DNA from: Squalus acanthias | Taxonomy: Eukaryota | Length of the DNA: 64,000 nt | Assembly (NCBI GenBank): GCA_030390025.1 | Contig: CM059427.1 | Coordinates: 57,164,001-57,228,000 of the forward strand | Reading direction: 5' to 3' | Part shown: in pieces, positions 1 through 11,806 of the stretch | How the letters are laid out: every line of letters starts with the position of its first letter | How positions within the stretch are numbered: position 1 is the stretch's first letter | Program-made: the position numbers and the translations under genes | Notes under the pieces: generated by a model | What the model was told of the DNA's origin: nothing | What the model saw: only the letters and a program-made list of their open reading frames with translations | The model's database searches: none

Positions 1-293
1 GAGGACACAGATTTAAGGTGATTAGCAAAAGAACCAGAGGCGACATGAGGAAACATTTTTTTACACAGCGAGTTGTTGTGATCTGGAATGCACTGCCTGA
101 AAGGGTGGTGGAAGCAGATTCAATAGAAACATTCAAAGGAGAATTGGATAAATACTTGAAGGGAAAACATTTACAGGGCTATGGGGAAAGAGCAGAGGAG
201 TGGGATTAATTGGGTAGCTCTACCAAAGAGCCGGCATAAGCTCGATGGGCCGATTGGCCTCCTTCTGTGCTGTATTATTATATGATTCTATGA
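1..293 (+). mobile_element. CR1 (HER1-like) LINE, 3' end
   Basis: ORF 18-209 is the CR1 ORF2 C-terminus (RKHFFTQRVVVIWNALPERVVEA...FKGELDKYL), followed by the 3' UTR hairpin GATGGGCCGATTGGCCTCCTTCTG and an ATTCTATG-type tail. Confidence 0.92.
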
Positions 294-341
294 TGATTTT
301 ATGCCCGTAAAACAGATGCAACAAGGTCCAATTTCTATCCC
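294..341. mobile_element. Right end of a Harbinger-type MITE, probably interrupted by the CR1
   Basis: Ends in AATTTCTATCCC, the same TIR type as the MITE at 18219-18404 (AATTTCTACCCC), followed by CAG. Confidence 0.55.
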
Positions 342-3300
342 CAGAACTTTACACGGAAAAAAGTTATAGGTTATACCAGTTTTAAACATGAAATATTAAG
401 TCACTAAAATGATTTGCACTAAAATCCCCACATGCTAAGTTACTCGTCTTAGCTGTTGCTGCAGTGGAATGATATTGAACAGAGGGTTGGTGTTTATCCA
501 AAGGAAGTTGCAATTTTGGAGGGAGAGCCATCTTCAAAATACTTTTGCATATCTAGTGGCTGGTTTCAGATCTGTGGGCTGGTAACTCAATCCCCCCTCC
601 CCCTTATGGTACATGAGTAAGGAGGCCAAGAAATATAGTGGAGAAAGTACATTGGAAGTGGAAGTCTTACCCTCAAAAACATCCACAACAAAAATAACTA
701 GATTATCAATCAAAAATATTGAAAAATTAATCTGAAAATAGCAAATGGTAGTCTCATCTTTTAATTCAAAAGCATTATTATTATTTATGTAGAATTTTAA
801 AAGTTGGTTAAAGATTGTATGAACTTTTTTCTTACAAATCAAACAATGTACAACCCTGACAACCTCTGTTAAACTCAGCCCACCTTCCATTTGTCGAGAG
901 ACAAGCTATAAAATTTGATAAATGATCTGCCTAAAAGTCAAGCAAATTTGAGATGATCTGAAGCGCCACACACAAAACGAAAATAGGAACATCTTCTGTG
1001 GACCATTTATCTAGGAGAAGCAGTGTGGTTAAGGGACAAACTTCTTCAGTTGTAAAGTGGTGTTTGAAGACTGATTCGACACAAGGAATCACAGACCGTA
1101 CATATCGCTGGCAAGGCACAACCTTCCAAAGGATGTCCTCATTGTGAGCAATTGGTTTGGGAGCTGTATGTGTACAATTAATTGGACTGTGGACATTTGA
1201 AAAGCACGTTTAACTTTCTGTTGCTGCTGCACTGACCCAAGAAACCAGATATCAGGACATGTTCACCTGACAAGAATATCTGTCACCTGAGACACACAAC
1301 ATGGCTGGATGAGGCCAGTTAAATCCCTAGCTAGTGTCTAAAAATGAACCAGACGTAAAGCAGATTAATGTTACTGTAACCTTTACATGGACAATCGGCG
1401 CATAATTTCTAGCAGTGCTCAACGCAAGGTCTCGTTGAGCTTCTGACAGAAGTCTGGCATTGTGTGGTTATTGAACCTCTACCCCCCAGTGACTTTGGTG
1501 GACGTTTGTTCCTGGAAAGTACTCTGCAATAGATGTGCCACATTATGAAAAGTATGAAGCAATTAGCATGCAATATGCTATTTACACTGCTTGTAACCAA
1601 ACAATAGCAATCCAAAGTGCTCATTCCTTTACTTTTCACCAAATGGTAACTTGCAGATCTTTATGATTTATTTATTTTATGGTGTAACCAGGACACAACC
1701 AAGTTAGCTATACATTTTAGTAACTGAATTGTTTATTTTATTAGCATTCAATTAATTAATTAACAGATCAATCTTCTGAAGACATAATACAGTAACAGAG
1801 TTCAAAAATATTTTAGCTGGTTATTGTATCTGCAGTGCCAGTAACTCATGTCCACAAAGCCTCCACAGATATCTTTAGCAGAAAATTTACTGCAAAATGA
1901 GGTACTACAAATCCAAAACAGCTTAGTGACTAAGAAGTCATTATGCTTTCGCAAGGCATCCAGGTAAGAGATTACTTCCTTTGGTATAGAAATCTACTTT
2001 AAAAAAAAGTCCCTTAATTTAAATTGAAACAGCAGACATGAGCTTGTAATAGTAAGAAGAGATTCAGAGATATGTTAGTAATCGACTGCATGCTTGTCTT
2101 TTCATCAGTGTGAACTTGTTCAGTATTAGGATTACCACTGACTGTAAAGTGTTTACTTTGAGAGACTTGTATTACTGTGTGGACTGTGGAAACACTCAAT
2201 GAAATGTTTCAAATGAGCAATAATCCTTTCATTAATCTTAGTAAAAAATCTTATAAAACAACTATGCAATGATGAGACTAATGAGAAAGAAAATACTTAA
2301 TGACATGAAAAATAATAATGTGTTTTATGTCCGAATAACTAAGTAATTTTCAGCTAGTTTAAAGAGAATGGAATAAATTATTATACATGCACCTTATTTA
2401 AGATTTTAAAAAAAAATAAGCAATAAGGAATGAATGTACTGCACTGTAATGTGAAATGTAGGTGGAAGTTATGGAAAGGGATCAACTGATTTGAAAAAAC
2501 CCAGACAATATGGAAAGTGAGTTGGGGTAGTGGGGCTAAGGGGTAAGATTTGAATTGACTGAAGAGAAAATGAAACAGATTGTATCAAAAGAGACATGTA
2601 GGGGGTGTGACACCATGGTGAGAATAAACAGCTCAAAGTAGTTGACAGACTTCAACAAACTGAAAACCTCTGTTCTTTAAAGTGACTGTACGCCACATTA
2701 GGCCTTAGGCTCTTGATGTCATTGTTCAGCACTGACTGTTCTGAACAGACCCACTAGGCTATAGTCAATTTAAATTAAAACCATGTAATGTAATAAAGGG
2801 ATACTCCTGACGTGTTTTCAATCAAACAGATGGGGATCTGGAGCAGGACAGCGTGTGAATGGGTTAGTTCAATGATTAAAAGCTAAATTTAAACAAGGAT
2901 GTGTTCAGGTCCAACAGTTTTGTAACTTACTGTTTTATGCAACTTCTATATAACATTAAAAACTCCAGTGCGTGGGATAATTTTGTAGAGTGATTTTTAC
3001 TCTTGTATGTAATTTTATAGAATATAAACTACAACGCTTACTGTTTAATTTACAGTATGATAAAGAGCTTTGGTGTTTGTAGTATCAGTATACAGTGAAA
3101 ATTGTACCATTGGTTTGAAGCTTGATCACACATTATTTGTTTTCCAAAATGGAAAATATATACCTATCATAGATGATAATCAGCCAAACACATTATCAAA
3201 TTTTAATAAAAGTGATACATGTCATAGATCTGCAATAAACTGAAGAGAAAAAGTCTGTTTTATGTCTTCATAAACAGTTGAGGCCTTAGAAAAGTTCAAA

Positions 3301-3907
3301 AGATGCATATCACTTCTATTTTAATGTTTTGACATTAGGTGAAAAAATGAAATAACATTGTCTCCACTGGAAGAAATTGGGGGTCATGAAATCTGAGATA
3401 AAGATACATCATTGTTTGCAATTGTGCAATAATTTGACATTATGATATAACCAAGTAATGGTTAATTAATCAAGGAGCATTCAACATTCTCCATTGTGTC
3501 CTCATTTCTGTAACATTCTACTTTTCTCAAATAGTACTAGAGGAGCATTTTGTGTTGCTTTCAAAAGGATTAAGCCCATCAGTGAATGCATGAATTTGAG
3601 ATAAAGCACTCTAGTTTTTGGAAGCTATGAATCTACAATTTGGATTTTACTTCTTTAACTACCTTTCTACAAGTCTTCGTATCTGCTACAACTCTGCTCA
3701 AAAAATCTGAAGTTGTACTTACCTCAACTGGCCACGTGTGTCATCCAAATCCAAAGAGATCTGATTTTCTCAAAAGTCTGACTACATCTCAAATTTGTCT
3801 TCATCTGATTGAATTCGGGCCAAAATTCAGTCTCCATTCTAGGTTTTCTTTATCACTTCATCATTCTGCCCGAGCAATAGAACTACAAAGGGAGATTATT
3901 CAAATGG

Positions 3908-4050
3908 GGAGCAAATACAGAAAATGCTGGAGATATTTAGCAGGACAGGCGGCATCCATCAGGAAAACATGAGACAATTGATCTTTCAGGTATAAAACCT
4001 TCCCTCAGAACTGAAAGATATTACAGATAAACAGCATTTAAGGAAGCAAA
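3908..4050 (-). mobile_element. Degenerate Penelope-like terminal-repeat fragment with diverged hammerhead motif
   Basis: ACAGAAAATGCTGGAGATATTTAGCAGGACAGGCGGCATC...TTTCAGGTATAAAACCTTCCCTCAGAACTG is homologous to the copies at 32045, 37427 and 52695. Confidence 0.7.
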
Positions 4051-4717
4051 GAACAAGGGAAAGAGGAAAGGAGGGGAAAAAAAACACACTCACAGACACA
4101 AAGACCACACACACACAGGAAAAGACATAGAATGACCTGTAAAGTGCTAATGTGGGGATCAGGAAATGGTTGAAGGGCAGAAATGATATGCACAGGAGAC
4201 ATGAAAGGAGGCATAATGAGAGAAATTAAAGAAATAAAAGACATATACAAGACCTCCCCACCCTCCCCCACCACCACCAGGTGGGAACAAGATGTGGGAG
4301 CAGTAAAAATCGGTAAAGCAGATCTACTATTCCGTTCCCACTTTCTTCGCACCCACCGCCATTTGATTAGGCTGCATTTAGCAGTCGGTCGAGGCCCCCA
4401 GCACAGGCAGGCGGGAGACTCAGAAATGTGATGCAAATCAGGGTCCTGTGATGCAATTAGGACCCGGATACCATTTTGTCGCTGAAATGTACAAATCTCG
4501 CCCATCAGCGAGCCCGCTAGGTAAAACCCTAGTGGGATTGGTGGCAGATTCATCAGGCTGCAGGATTGAAACAAGTAAACACTGCTAGGCTCTCAGATCA
4601 TTGGCATCTGTGTGCTGGGGAGGTTTTTGTACATGGAGTGAATTCTGAGTTGCAGTAGTGCTTATTTCTGATGGTCCCTTTGGTCTACTGACCCTGAAGA
4701 GGCGGTAAAGTTTTATA

Positions 4718-5715
4718 ATGGGTGGTGCTGGCTACCTTGTACTGGGTGCAGGAAGAGGAGGAGGAAAAAGAGCAGCAGCAACAACAGCTGCAGCAGAGGC
4801 CTCAGCATCCGACAGAAGCAGGAGGGCAGCCTCTGAGTGTACAACAGCTGAGGGTGGCCCACTTGTAGAAGGCCTTACCCTTCCAACAGGGTATATAGGT
4901 CAAGGCTCACCTTTCTCGATACCTGTGAGGAGACGTGTATGGAGAGGCTGTGCTTATCGAGGCAGGTAGTTGCTGACCTCTGCGGCCTCATGCAACAAGA
5001 CCTGCAGCCTTCCACATCAGGGGGCCATGCCATGCCAGTGGCTGTGAAGGTGACCACTGCCCTGAATTTTTTTCAGGCTGCTACAGTGGACATCACTCAC
5101 ATCTACTCCCCATGAAACAGCCAAAATGAGAGAGCTCTGGGGTTTGAAGCAACGGCTGGCTTCCCTAGAGTGCAGGACACAATTGACTGCACTCGTGTTG
5201 TCATCAGGGCACAGCAGGACCAGCCAGGAGCTTTTGTTAAATACAAGAGGTTCCACTCTATCAATGTCAAGCTAGTATCTGATAGCACCAAGAAAATCAT
5301 GCAGGTTTATGCCAGGTACCCAAGCAGCTGCCACAATTCATTCATCCAACATCATCCCCCCTCTTTTCCACCATGGATTGAATGTCAGAGGATGGCTGCT
5401 TGGGGACAAGGTCTCCCGCCCCTTCCCTCCTCCCTCTCCCCCACCCCCCTAACTTGGCTCATGACAACCCTTTGAAACTCCACAATGCCTGGGCAGCTCA
5501 GATGTAACCAGAGCCATGCCACCATGAGGAGCATCATCAAGCTCATTAAAGGGCTCCTACAGGAAAGATTTAGGTGCCTTGATAGGTCCAGGAGCTCCCT
5601 GCAATATGCTTCAGAGAGTGTCTCCTATAATTGTGGCCTACTGTGTCCTTCAAAATATAGCTGTACAGAGAGGATTGCTACTGAGGAGACAGGTGAACAG
5701 GATGAGCGTTGTTGC
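4718..5715 (+). pseudogene. Decayed PIF/Harbinger DDE transposase (HARBI1-like)
   Basis: Frameshifted but ordered motifs: acidic/Q-rich N-terminus; VYRSRLTFLD; MPVAVKVTTALNFF; FPRVQDTIDCTRVVI; FHSINVKLV; YPSSCHNSFI; GWLLGDK; TWLMTTL; NQSHATMRSII; RFRCLDRS; IIVAYCVLQNIA. Confidence 0.9.
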
Positions 5716-5739
5716 GGCTGCACCCATCCAATTGAGTGG

Positions 5740-6130
5740 CAAGTATTCCATGACAAACCTGACTTGAGCCTTTTAGATGGTAAAAAAGTACTATGGGCTG
5801 CTCATCACAAAGTACCTAGGCTCTGTCCTGCTCTTTTAGCCATGATGTTAATGTGGTTGGTGCAGTTAAGTACTGGTGACACCAGGATGTTGAAGGTGGG
5901 GAACTCAATGATGATGGTACCATTGAGGATCAGGGGAAGGTGACTGGGCCTTTTCTTGTTGGAGATGGCCATTGACCGACACTTAGGTGGTGTGAATGTT
6001 ATCTACCACTTGTCAGCCCAAGCCTGTTGTCCAGGTATTGCTGTAGACTTGCATGAGCTGTTCTATTATCTGAGGAGTTGTGAATGGAGCTGAATACTAG
6101 AATCATCAGTGAACAACCCCATTCCTGAGC
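5740..6130 (-). mobile_element. Old CR1-group (Zenon-like) LINE RT fragment
   Basis: The reverse complement aligns by eye with 11850-12260 (AWADKW, ISNK, LNWT regions). Confidence 0.8.
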
Positions 6131-6142
6131 TAATTGTAGAAT

Positions 6143-6260
6143 CCCTACTGCTGCACCAACTGAGATCAATTTGATTCAACAAAGACCAGGGATAAAACTT
6201 GGGACCTTCCTGGTGTATATGGCTCAGTATCACATGACAGTGCATCATCGACTGAGCCAG
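6143..6260 (-). mobile_element. Old tRNA-derived SINE head
   Basis: The reverse complement (GGCTCAGT...CTGAGCCATATACACCAGGAAGGTCCCAAG...ATCCCTGGTCT) resembles the copies at 51545 and 61548. Confidence 0.55.
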
Positions 6261-6794
6261 CATGACAATGGCATTGGAGATCTATATGCTTCATGTCCTT
6301 CAAATGTAAAAGTGAAGAAACATTGTAAAATATTGCAAGGAATTTTATTTTTGTAAACTTAAACACAAATATGACTGTATATCTATGCCTGAAATTGGAG
6401 AGAAAATTAAATAAACCATCTTACAGTAAATGCCTCTTAAAAGGCATTAGTTAATTTTTACATCTGTGTTGTAAAATATGTGAAACAGGTCTGTTCTAAT
6501 ATTCCAAACCTATAAAAATCTGTTACTCAAAGCCAATATGTATATGTAGCCTCACAATAACAATAAGTGAATGCTAAAGGGTTTTTGCATTGTTACACAG
6601 CGAGCTTAAAACCACAGTGTATGACATGTGGACTTTGACATTAGGCAGTTTAAGCTATCTTTTCTTAACATACAGAGAAGTGTGTACGTCACCCACACAT
6701 GTTGTCAATCAGGCCTTTCACACATTCTGAAGCCCCACAGCGACAACACCGAAGTGATGACTATTGCAGTAAAACTGTCTTTGTTGAAAATTTG

Positions 6795-7548
6795 GGGGTA
6801 GAGTTTCCGCTTTGAGCGCAATTGCTGATTCCGGCGCAAATTGCGCCCGTTTTGAAAAGTGTTATTTTCCCCCCGAGTTTCCAATCAAACTCATTTGCAT
6901 ATCGCCAAACGCAAAATCTGCCACGAACCAGCGCAATCGGGCAGCATTTTGAAACGTCATTTTTTTTTTAATTTTGCTTTAAAAAAAACTTCCTTCGTAC
7001 ATTTAAAAGTGGTAACTTGGTGAAGTTTGATTAAAACCGTGAAAATAGGGTTATCACAAAAAATAAGCATTTTTAATCACAGTGTCAATCCACCACCTCT
7101 AAGCAACCCGTCTAAATTAGTCTAAATTACAGAAATTCACTTTAAAAAAATATATAAAACTATTTTCTAGTTCTATTGGGGTACATTGGTCAGTTTCTTA
7201 GTAAATTAAAACAAAAATCACATTTAACAGCTTTTAAAACGTACCTTTTCGTGTCCTTGCGCCCAAAAGAACCAGCTTAATTTTTAAAGCCTCCCTGAAG
7301 GCCTACAAACGAGCGCAATTAGCAGAAACTCCCAATGGTGATTAATTCACCCTGGGGCCGGGGCCAGTTTCATGGGCGGGGCTTGCTTCTACCGCAAAGT
7401 TTTTAAAAGTAGCGCAAAAGATCGCGGAAACACAAGTTGCAGCGAACGCAAATTGCGCTTAAAATTCCGCAATCTTTTGCGGCGGCTATGCAGATTTCGG
7501 CCGCATTGCGCCGAAAAACCCGGCACAATCAAGTGGAGAGACCAGGCC
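6795..7548. mobile_element. Non-autonomous Harbinger-like element, 754 bp
   Basis: Ends GGGGTAGAGTTTCCGCTT / AAGTGGAGAGACCAGGCC (imperfect TIR) with TTG duplicated on both sides; CpG-rich arms with repeated GCGCAA and an AT-rich core. Confidence 0.75.
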
Positions 7549-7932
7549 TTGAACTTTGGTGTCATTGAGCCCTTCTGGGTAAAAACATTAAGTCAAGAAA
7601 CCCCTGGAGGATAATTTGATACAATATTACAATCCTTTACCCTAAACTACATAACCCGGTGAAATTGTGTGAAAATCTAATGATCAGATTGAGTAGTGTA
7701 AATCACAGAGTAAGAACCAAAGATATTTTTTTTAATGTAAAATGAAGTAACACTAAATGAAAAGCCAGCTCCAGAACTCCCTCCAGTCTTCCCTGGGTCA
7801 TTTGTGCCCCCACCTCCCCCAACAACCCCCCCCCACCCCCCCCCACAAAGAAGGACATGAATCCCTGTACTATATCGGAGATTCTCTATGCTACTGTACG
7901 CTCTAATGAAACAAGAACTGTCTCTGGTTATT

Positions 7933-8320
7933 TGTCAGTTTGACTGAGTTGGTAGTATTGTCACTTCTGAGTTAGAAGGTTGTGAGTTCAAGATCCACTC
8001 TGCGGATTCCACACATAATCGAGGCCGACAATTTGGTGCAGTACTGATGGGGTGCTGCATTGTTGGAGATGCAATTCTTTCAATGAGACGTTAAAGATCC
8101 CATTGTAGTTTCAAAGAAGAGCAGGGAATTCTCCTAGTGTTCTTGCAGCGTTCTTCTGTCAAGCAACAGCACCTAAAAAAGATTAACCGGTCATTAATCT
8201 CATTGTGTAAAATAGTTGGCATGTTTCAATATGTAATAACAGTGACTGCACTTCAAAGTAATTAATTGTATATAAAGCACTTTGGAAACGTTTATGAGAG
8301 ACATGGTAAAGTTCTTTATT
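7933..8320 (+). mobile_element. DeuSINE (SacSINE1-like), degenerate
   Basis: tRNA-like head, Deu domain GTGCTGCATTGTTGGAGATGC...GAGACGTTAAA and an L2-like tail. Confidence 0.8.
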
Positions 8321-9476
8321 TAACAGTTGAAGGTATAATATTGTAAGACTATAATCATATCAATATAGGTGGCAAATGCACTCGATTTAGAACTGTAACA
8401 CAGACACCCTTTTTACCTCAAGACTGTTGGTAGTGATTTTATAGAACTGACAGTACAGTTTTGACACTGAAGAGGTACATTGGTGTACTGCTGCCCTAGA
8501 CTTGATGCAGCTGCAAGTCTCATTCAGGCTTTTAGCTATGGACAGACTGCTTCTAAACTAAAGGGGTCCAGTTGATCTGGGACAGATACTGGGACAATTC
8601 AGTACTTATATAAACTAATCTCTGGTAATGATTTTTATATCACTAGTCTAATAATCCTTTGCATACTTTGTGTTTTTTAATGTATGTTTCTTCTTGCATA
8701 TATTATACTCTCAACCCATCAGCTACTATTCAAAAGCCATCTTCCATTTTCAGCACAGTTTCTCGTTGGAGATTTCATTCAGTTGACAGTCTAGATAATG
8801 ATAATCCGTGCCAATAGCTAGCATCTGACGCATTTTTACACCAATTGCAGTAGCGGGATTCTATTCTAAGTAATAAGTCAGCATGAATTTTTTTTAAAGC
8901 TGTTGTGTATAGCCAGATTTGTTTTTTAATAGAAATAGTTACATGCATGCAGATTAAGCCATGAACAAACTGGGATTTGGAATACTTTACTCATCCGGTC
9001 TTCACATTAATACTGATGTTGTTGTGATTTGAGTGCAGGTACAGTACTTCCTACCTGATCTGTTTTAAGTCTGGAAAAAATGATTACAGAGAAACAAGAT
9101 TTTGTTAGGAAGGGGAGTGCGATGAGTTAGCTCCTCTTCCTCCCATGCATTCCTAACTGGCACCAAATTCAAGCAAAAAAGGGGAGTTATCTTTAATTCC
9201 CTTGTACGTGGCAGAGTTGACACATGTAAAGTAATAGCTCATTTTCAATTGCCATGTTTAGCATATGTCTCATGTTGGCTCTGCAAGGCCTGCAGGCCGG
9301 TCCCATGAGTTCAGCTCAGCCAGCAGTTGCTGCCACTGCACAGCCCCCCTTAGCCTTGAATGCTAATAGCTTTGAATCATGTTCAGTGGTGATGTTAATT
9401 TTCCAGCAAAAGCATTATGGGTATAAGTGTACCTGACATCTCCAGTCAATGAGCAGGAGTCTTTGTGTCTTTTTTT

Positions 9477-9506
<30 letters not shown>
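9477..9506. repeat. (TG)n microsatellite
   Basis: Direct TG run ending in GCGC. Confidence 0.95.
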
Positions 9507-9507
<1 letters not shown>

Positions 9508-9573
9508 TACATTCCTGCAGATGGTATTCTACTGAATATGTTCTTCTGTGGAAAATTGCACAGTTCTAAACCT

Positions 9574-9753
9574 NNNNNNNNNNNNNNNNNNNNNNNNNNN
9601 NNNNNNNNNNNNNNNNNNNNNNNNNNNNNNNNNNNNNNNNNNNNNNNNNNNNNNNNNNNNNNNNNNNNNNNNNNNNNNNNNNNNNNNNNNNNNNNNNNNN
9701 NNNNNNNNNNNNNNNNNNNNNNNNNNNNNNNNNNNNNNNNNNNNNNNNNNNNN
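9574..9753. other. 180-nt N run (assembly gap or masking)
   Basis: N characters. Confidence 0.99.
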
Positions 9754-10394
9754 TAAAGATGTTTTTCAGGGAGCTGCCTGAGCCACTTTTTCCATACAGC
9801 TTTTTTGATCAATTTGTAGACGCCATAAGTAAGTACAATGCAATGTTAATTTAACCCTCAGAGCACTAAAGGAGCAATTCGCTATTCTGCACTCAACCAC
9901 TTAGCAGGATGAGGTTAATATTTTTTTTTAATTTGCTAGCTGAATGGCATCCATAAATCAGTGCCCTGAATGTAGTTGTGTTTATTCAGTTCCAGTTTCT
10001 TCATATTCATGACAGCAATTTATTTTGATAGTACACTTTTGTACTTACTTCATGCAATGTTGTAACATTGAAAAATACAAGCTGTCCCACTTAAATTTAC
10101 AACCAATATTTAGTTCAACCTGATTGTTTGTCACGAAGTGTGTAAGCAGATTTCCAAGCAGAAGGTTCAGAGGAATGATAAACTATTGGTTTAATTACTA
10201 CACGTTCCAAAGCTTCATTCTTCGATTGCATTGTGGGATTATATTACTTTCAAAGTCTCACTGGCACAAATCAGAAGCAGTTTTAACAGTTTTGGTTTGT
10301 TTGTTGAAGCATTTTCCTTTCAATTCTTTGAAAGAAAACACTCTGAATGAATGGTGAGGAGAGAGGGAGAAGGCTTCCCAGTTATCAATACATT

Positions 10395-11574
10395 GGCCTA
10401 GAAATTCGAGAATGTCGGAAACCTTCCGGTGGCATCGCGGGCCGCAGTTAACGGCTGCCAAAATTAATGGCGCTGGCAGCACCGGTAAATTGGTGCGGCT
10501 TCCTAATTAGCATTAGCGCAGCGCTAAACTCACAGTGCAAGGCAGGTTCTCCTGGCGGTAGCCTCAGCAGGAGGCCCCAATGTAGCATGGCCGTGGCGTT
10601 GTTGCAGCAAGAACTGCCTTCTCTTAAAGCAAGGCTGTCATTATAGAAAGCAGTGCGGTCCCTTAAAGGGGAACTGCCTTCTAAAATGAAATTTTTTTTT
10701 TTTTAAATAGGCAGTTTTTATCCCTCAGAGCTCAAATGCCTTCTGAAAAAAAATGAACATTAAAAAGAATTCCCAAATGGCAGTCTTCAGCTCTTAAAGC
10801 TGAATTGCTTTCCACACCTTAAAAAAAAGGGGGAAAAGTGCTTCAGCACTGACACTAATGGCTCAGTATGCCAGGGAAGGGCACCCAAGGTCTCGCACGC
10901 AGCACTCCAGCTTTGTGCAAGGGGTCAATACTGCAAAACAGGTTCTCTACCCACAGGGGCCAGGAGACCCTCCAGAAAGAACGATGTGGGACAAGATCAC
11001 TGAGGCCGTCACTGCCAACAGTGTCACTCCCACCATCTGGCTCCAGTGCCCAAAGAAGCTTCATGACCTCAGACCACTGGTCAAGGCCAGGGAATGCATC
11101 TTCAAAAGCCGTCTTCTACCAACTGCATCACTAGCCTCACACGCTGCTCAATGCACAGCTCCCCCCACCACCCCCCATCACTCACCTACCAACAATCTGT
11201 ACCAATCACAAGGCACACCTCCCATTCCTAGCTTCACCTCACCCTCTTGGAGGAGATGGTGCTGGCCATTCTTGGCAGGGGTATGGCTGAGCCCTTGGCC
11301 AGCGGTGGGGCTTAAAGGATACAAGATCCCCATACGTTACCCTCCTTCTGGCATGCACCACTTATTTCCCGCCCTCCCATCACCACAATTCCACCCTTGT
11401 GCCTTCCTCATTTCACACACCCAAGAAATGCAGCCTCCCCAGCCAGCGGTTGACCAAAAAGAGAGGAGAGGAGAGTGAAGAAGAAGAAGAAACACCGTCA
11501 CTCGATTTCATACTCCCATTTTTCCCAGGATTCCGGCGCAAACGGGTGGCAGTAGGTAGCCCAATTTTTCCCCC
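10395..11574 (+). mobile_element. Internally deleted Harbinger element retaining Myb/SANT gene remnants
   Basis: Ends GGCCTAGAAATT / AATTTTTCCCCC with flanks ATT/ATA; contains a Myb/SANT-like coding remnant. Confidence 0.75.
10858..11320 (+). pseudogene. Harbinger Myb/SANT-like (trihelix) DNA-binding protein remnant
   Basis: KQVLYPQG...MWDKITEAVTANSVTPTIWLQCPKKLHDL fits the W..IA..V......R...QC.KK..DL pattern. A downstream segment LTLLEEMVLAILGRG matches the typical LTP.EE.VL.ILG motif. Confidence 0.8.
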
Positions 11575-11806
11575 ATAAACCTTAAACAGGATAAATTCAT
11601 CCTATTTATTTTAACTTTTTTATTAAGAAGAATTTTTAACTTGTAATACAGAAACAAATTGCACTTTTGGCAATTGAGGTTGAATGCCAAAATGCACATG
11701 ATTTATATCACATTTGGCACAAAGATATAGCTGAGCAAATCAGTACAGTTTTGATTTAGTTCATTAATTTTTTTTTAAATTCTGCTGATAAACGTTTTAT
11801 CATAAC

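Noticed and set aside
534-890. 118-aa minus-strand ORF
   Set aside because: No recognisable motif or splice context; the composition mirrors AT-rich non-coding DNA.
4038-4574. 178-aa minus-strand ORF
   Set aside because: Runs through GA/CA low-complexity sequence and a transposon end; chance ORF.
5170-5700. Host HARBI1 gene
   Set aside because: Multiple frameshifts and deletions, altered catalytic motifs, and related copies nearby indicate a transposon fossil.
7807-7845. C-rich tract with G-quadruplex potential on the minus strand
   Set aside because: Simple low-complexity run with no supporting context.
9574-9753. N runs of 180 and 156 nt (second at 30992-31147) as hidden exons
   Set aside because: Both lengths are multiples of 3, but the flanks lack convincing splice signals and the content is unknowable; ORFs through them are artefacts.
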